From contig OZ038378.1 of NCBI GenBank assembly GCA_964036045.1, positions 108,438,001 to 108,502,000 of the forward strand: 64,000 bases of DNA. The letters run 5' to 3'. The translations under genes and the position numbers were made by a program. Shown piece after piece: positions 61,379-64,000 of the stretch. Source of the stretch: Eutreptiella sp. 'Long Island Sound 2002'. Lineage: Eukaryota; Protista; Euglenida. The stretch's first letter is position 1. Each line of letters begins with the position of its first letter. Below the pieces are notes generated by a model that was given only the letters and a program-made list of their open reading frames with translations, was not told the DNA's origin and made no database searches.

Positions 61379-61823
61379 TGTGTGTGGCAGGATTCACGCC
61401 CGCTCAGCTAGGCTGCAGGCAGTTCGAATCGGCTGTGATGATTAGGAATTGCGGCAGCGCTCACGCATCAGATCGTCGCGTGCGAATTTCTGTGTGATAA
61501 ATGGACCACGATTCAATTCAGTACGCTTTGTTGATCAACAATTGTAGCAATCAGATTGTATAATTATTTCATCATGTTCAGTATTGAAGGTCGGTTCACG
61601 GTCACATTTCAGGGTCCTGTTTCAGGATGCAACAATGACAATGAATGGATATCCTTGGTCTGAGTTGTGGTGATCCTGCTTTGCACATCATTGAGGTCTG
61701 TGATTTTGTAGTTGGCAGAATTCCGGTGTGAAAGGAAGGTTCCTCATTTCAAGGAGTAAAGCTACAAGTGGGTTTTGCACGATTGGATCGACAAACAATC
61801 CATGGCTTCACAAGTGTCTAGCA
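61379..61823 (+). repeat. G3 3' LTR
   Basis: Direct repeat of 50975-51419, followed by TSD ATTCT. Confidence 0.9.
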
Positions 61824-62471
61824 ATTCTCCACCCTGCCGCTTCCGACCAGTCACACTGTCCCTCTACCATCAGTCGTCTTTCGTAGACTGACCAAAGAGG
61901 AAACCACGCGATTCTCAACTTCCAGTCTTGTCAATTGGATCAAGACAGCACTCCCTATTTTCGAGACCCTGTCTACCTCTGAACTACTTCGACTCACTGA
62001 CCTCATCGTTGAAGAGTTGAGGAAAGCATTCCAGCGCATTACCAAGCTACCCAACCACAAACCATCAACAGAAAGAAAATTCACAAAATTGATTTCTGCC
62101 ATCACCCGGCCGTCATCCCCTCGGTACACATCTCACTCTTACCAGATGCAACAATTGCTGGACCAATGGAGCCAAACACTGGCCACAAAACGTACCTAAA
62201 CACTGCACTCAGCTCTATTCAGAAAATGTAATATGAAGAGGTCGATAGCAGAATTTTTGCAGCCCCAACAGCCGGAGCCCACGGTTATTGCAGACCCTTC
62301 TGATCAAACGAACATTTCGCACAATCTTGCAACAATTTCTCATTTTTTTCAGACGCATTATCAACCCTCGATGGAGATCCTCCTTTCTCACCTCCTATAT
62401 CAACATTCCAAGAGGCCCTCTCCTTTTCCCCTGCATGCCCACCTTCCACTAAACGGGAACCGCTACCTCTG

Positions 62472-63420
62472 ATGTCTGAGGATAAGTTTCAACGAATCCT
62501 GGCATCACCCAAACCCTCCAAATCAGGAGGTACCGATCAATCCAATGCATACTTGTTTTCGCTGGCACCTCAGGCAACACGGCAATGGATCCTGATAACT
62601 CTCAATTATTTTCTCAGTCACCAGATTCCCTCGCACTGGTCCACCTCCAACGGCTTTTTACTGTTCAAGTCAGGGGACCCCCTAAACACAAAAACTACTT
62701 CCCCATTTCCTTGCTCCATACCATATTCCAATTACTGTCCACTCACTTATGTGACTGCATCACGCATCAAGTGGGAAGGCAGGGAGTCATGCACCCTTCT
62801 CAGCATGGTTCCATCTCAGGGGTACGCACCAGCGACCATTTATTACACCCAAAAGCACTAAGCCACCAACACCCTGATGTCTATCATCTTTAAATTGATT
62901 TTGAAAAAAGCTTCCAACAGCGTCGCTGTTGAATCCCTGTTCCAGCTTCTGTGACATTACAACTTACCTTCTGAACTCCTTTCCTCAATCTGAACCTGTG
63001 CACTTACACCGCAGAACAGCCATTAGTTGATGGCTGTGTCCATGGGTCACACAAACAGCACAGAGGGCTACCTCAGGGGTGTCCTCTATCGCCCCTGCTA
63101 TTCAAATTCTTCCTCATCATACCCCAGCATCACATCACCTCAACAATGCATTTCGATGAATCGTTTTCACTACATGCAATCATCGACGACATACTGATAC
63201 GTACACGGGACGAAACACTGGTACATACACTATACAAATACTTCGACTCCACAGTCCGCAAAATGGGCCTCCGTATGAACGTCAAAGGAACTGAGCTACA
63301 GGCCCCTAATGCAGCACCTCACTTGTTTTTCACTTCATCATCAGGCACGCTGGTCTCCACGTGAGATAAAGATAACAGCCCACACAGCTTCTATAATTAT
63401 CTGGGAGTCTACATCTTAGT
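62472..63420 (+). pseudogene. LINE-B reverse transcriptase
   Basis: SGGTD, YFPISLL, SQHG, IDFEKS, LPQGCPLSPLLF, AIIDDILI, YLGVY. Confidence 0.9.
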
Positions 63421-64000
63421 GAGAGACAACTTGGAGTTACTTTTTCAAATACTTCAGTCAGAAATCAGAACCTCTTTCTCTAATCTACAACGGGTCCCTC
63501 TGATGCCCCATGAATTTGTACTCCGGTACAATATTCAACTGCTCTCCACCTTGTGTTATTGCATGCTCCTGCACTATCTGCCCGCCCAAGAAAATATGGG
63601 CCCTGGAAAGCATTCTAGGGCAGTCATTCAGTAAAGCAGCAAGTATCTCCTCCTTGACAGCCCCCAAAGATCAGTTTGTCCCTCCGTCTCAAGGAGGCAC
63701 AGGCCTGAGACACTTCGGTTGCGCTCCGCACAAGCAGACCATTAACGAAGTATTGAGGCATTTACATCACGGTTCACCGCCATAAGCATATCTGTCAGTC
63801 TGCACCGCCATCCACTCGGTCACGCCCAACACACTACAGGATACCTTTGCGGCTGCTTGTCACTTTCTCAAACTTCACACAAATGGAATACGCCCATGGA
63901 ATGTCTACAACGCATGCAGCATCCCTCGCAACACTGACATTTACACACAATTCAACAATCGCTTTTGCATAGGTCGTGTTTCAACTTCGTCCGCCACATA

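Larger units (their letters stand above)
50975..61823 (+). mobile_element. Ty3/Gypsy chromodomain retrotransposon G3 (10849 bp), decayed
   Basis: TSD ATTCT (50970-50974, 61824-61828); 445-bp LTRs; PBS, gag, PR, RT, RH, IN, CHD, PPT. Confidence 0.93.
45400..64000 (+). mobile_element. LINE-B (ORF1 ~45430-46670; ORF2 APE-RT), split into 45400-47275, 50763-50974 and 61829-64000; runs off the window
   Basis: The APE reading continues across both LTR insertions: ...WPWPSNAVN|SPSPTLIDSFR...SDHHQVSAIF|STLPLP...; RT follows. The 5' boundary is approximate. Confidence 0.85.

Overview
This window is eukaryotic, repeat-saturated DNA with no intact host gene. A 16-nt match to the euglenid spliced leader (50130-50145) suggests a euglenid host; that is an inference. 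Almost everything resolves into nested retroelements. (1) 1-2300 is the 3' end of a chromodomain Ty3/Gypsy element (G1). (2) A giant minus-strand non-LTR element (LINE-C) runs from about 43651 to 32152 and probably continues at 7386-5773. It encodes RT, RNase H, a zinc knuckle and a Ulp1/SENP-like cysteine protease, ends in a (TACC)n tail, and carries an internal ~3.2-kb duplication. (3) LINE-C appears to be split by a minus-strand Gypsy element (G2, ~7390-32151) with ~2.7-kb LTRs and a 1.92-kb gag duplication. G2 is itself interrupted by a full-length 8.1-kb APE-RT-RNase H LINE (LINE-A, 13572-21683). (4) A plus-strand LINE (LINE-B, ~45400 to the window end) has its endonuclease interrupted twice, about 212 bp apart. 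The first insertion is a 3.5-kb non-autonomous LTR element (47276-50757). The second is a 10.8-kb Gypsy element (G3, 50975-61823). The most unusual signals are three. First, the small LTR element has a Tf1-like self-priming PBS, one long open orphan ORF and a spliced-leader relic. Second, both G2 and G3 carry a DIRS/Dam-like N6-adenine methyltransferase-like domain between protease and RT. Third, LINE-C carries a C-terminal Ulp1-like protease. All alignments, identities and motif calls were made by eye; none was computed or searched.
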